Virus record (IMG/VR): IMGVR_UViG_3300045932_000268
Span: 1 to 63,947 of that record
DNA: 63,947 bases
Direction: 5' to 3' (one strand)
Source: a virus
Taxonomy: Duplodnaviria > Caudoviricetes
Positions 63,874-63,947 of this stretch are shown here, in pieces (positions within the stretch are counted from its first letter, which is position 1; every line of letters begins with the position of its first letter). The position numbers and the translations under genes were made by a program. The notes under the pieces were generated by a model, which made no database searches, was not told the origin of the DNA, and worked only from the letters and a program-made list of their open reading frames with translations.

Positions 63874-63947
63874 CGTCGTGCGACTCTAGAAGCCGAGATG
63901 GAGGCTCTGCGTCTGCCACGGGGGCGGATCCCAGATGCCGCCGCCCC
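63821..63947. repeat. Terminal direct repeat, copy 2
   Basis: Identical to 1-127. Confidence 0.95.

Larger units (their letters stand above)
1..63947. mobile_element. Complete temperate podovirus-like phage genome (about 63,820 bp unique)
   Basis: Terminal overlap; TerL, portal, capsid, fibre, ejection proteins, primase-helicase, repressor, integrase and attP all present; no tape measure or tail sheath seen. Confidence 0.9.

Overview
The window appears to be a complete, circularly assembled temperate phage genome of about 63.8 kb; bases 1-127 repeat at 63821-63947. It is very GC-rich and of P22/T7-like podovirus type. A long minus-strand late operon runs from about 32.3 kb down to 66 and wraps to 63.9-59.4 kb. 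It encodes an MT-A70 methylase with a nuclease, TerL, portal, scaffold, major capsid, decoration proteins, two adaptors, a nozzle, an S74-chaperone tail fibre and three ejection proteins, one with a lytic transglycosylase domain. A plus-strand early region (33-40 kb) has polyvalent-protein-type genes. A minus-strand replication/recombination operon (40.6-51.9 kb) carries primase-helicase, an ori-like repeat field, HNH, SbcC-like ATPase, two PD-(D/E)XK nucleases, RecT and a RuvC-like protein. A cro/cI switch, a tyrosine integrase and an attP matching a tRNA-Glu 3' end follow. A RHH/MazF toxin-antitoxin pair sits between terL and portal. A SpoVG-like gene suggests an acidobacterial (Vicinamibacterales-like) host, which is inference only. 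The most unusual signal is a virion-accessory cluster (10.2-14.7 kb) in which one beta-domain occurs intact in one protein and split in another. Its missing first strand, H[YH]YGYA..RP, is carried as a C-terminal tag by a repeat-rich fibre protein and by an unannotated 54-aa peptide, suggesting a natural tag/catcher docking system. Other oddities are a nested duplicated adaptor, a free copy of the integrase arm domain beside attP, genes bounded by about 30-bp direct repeats, and a GAGCTC-rich early region behind an abrupt composition switch. All family calls come from motif recognition by eye, not database searches.
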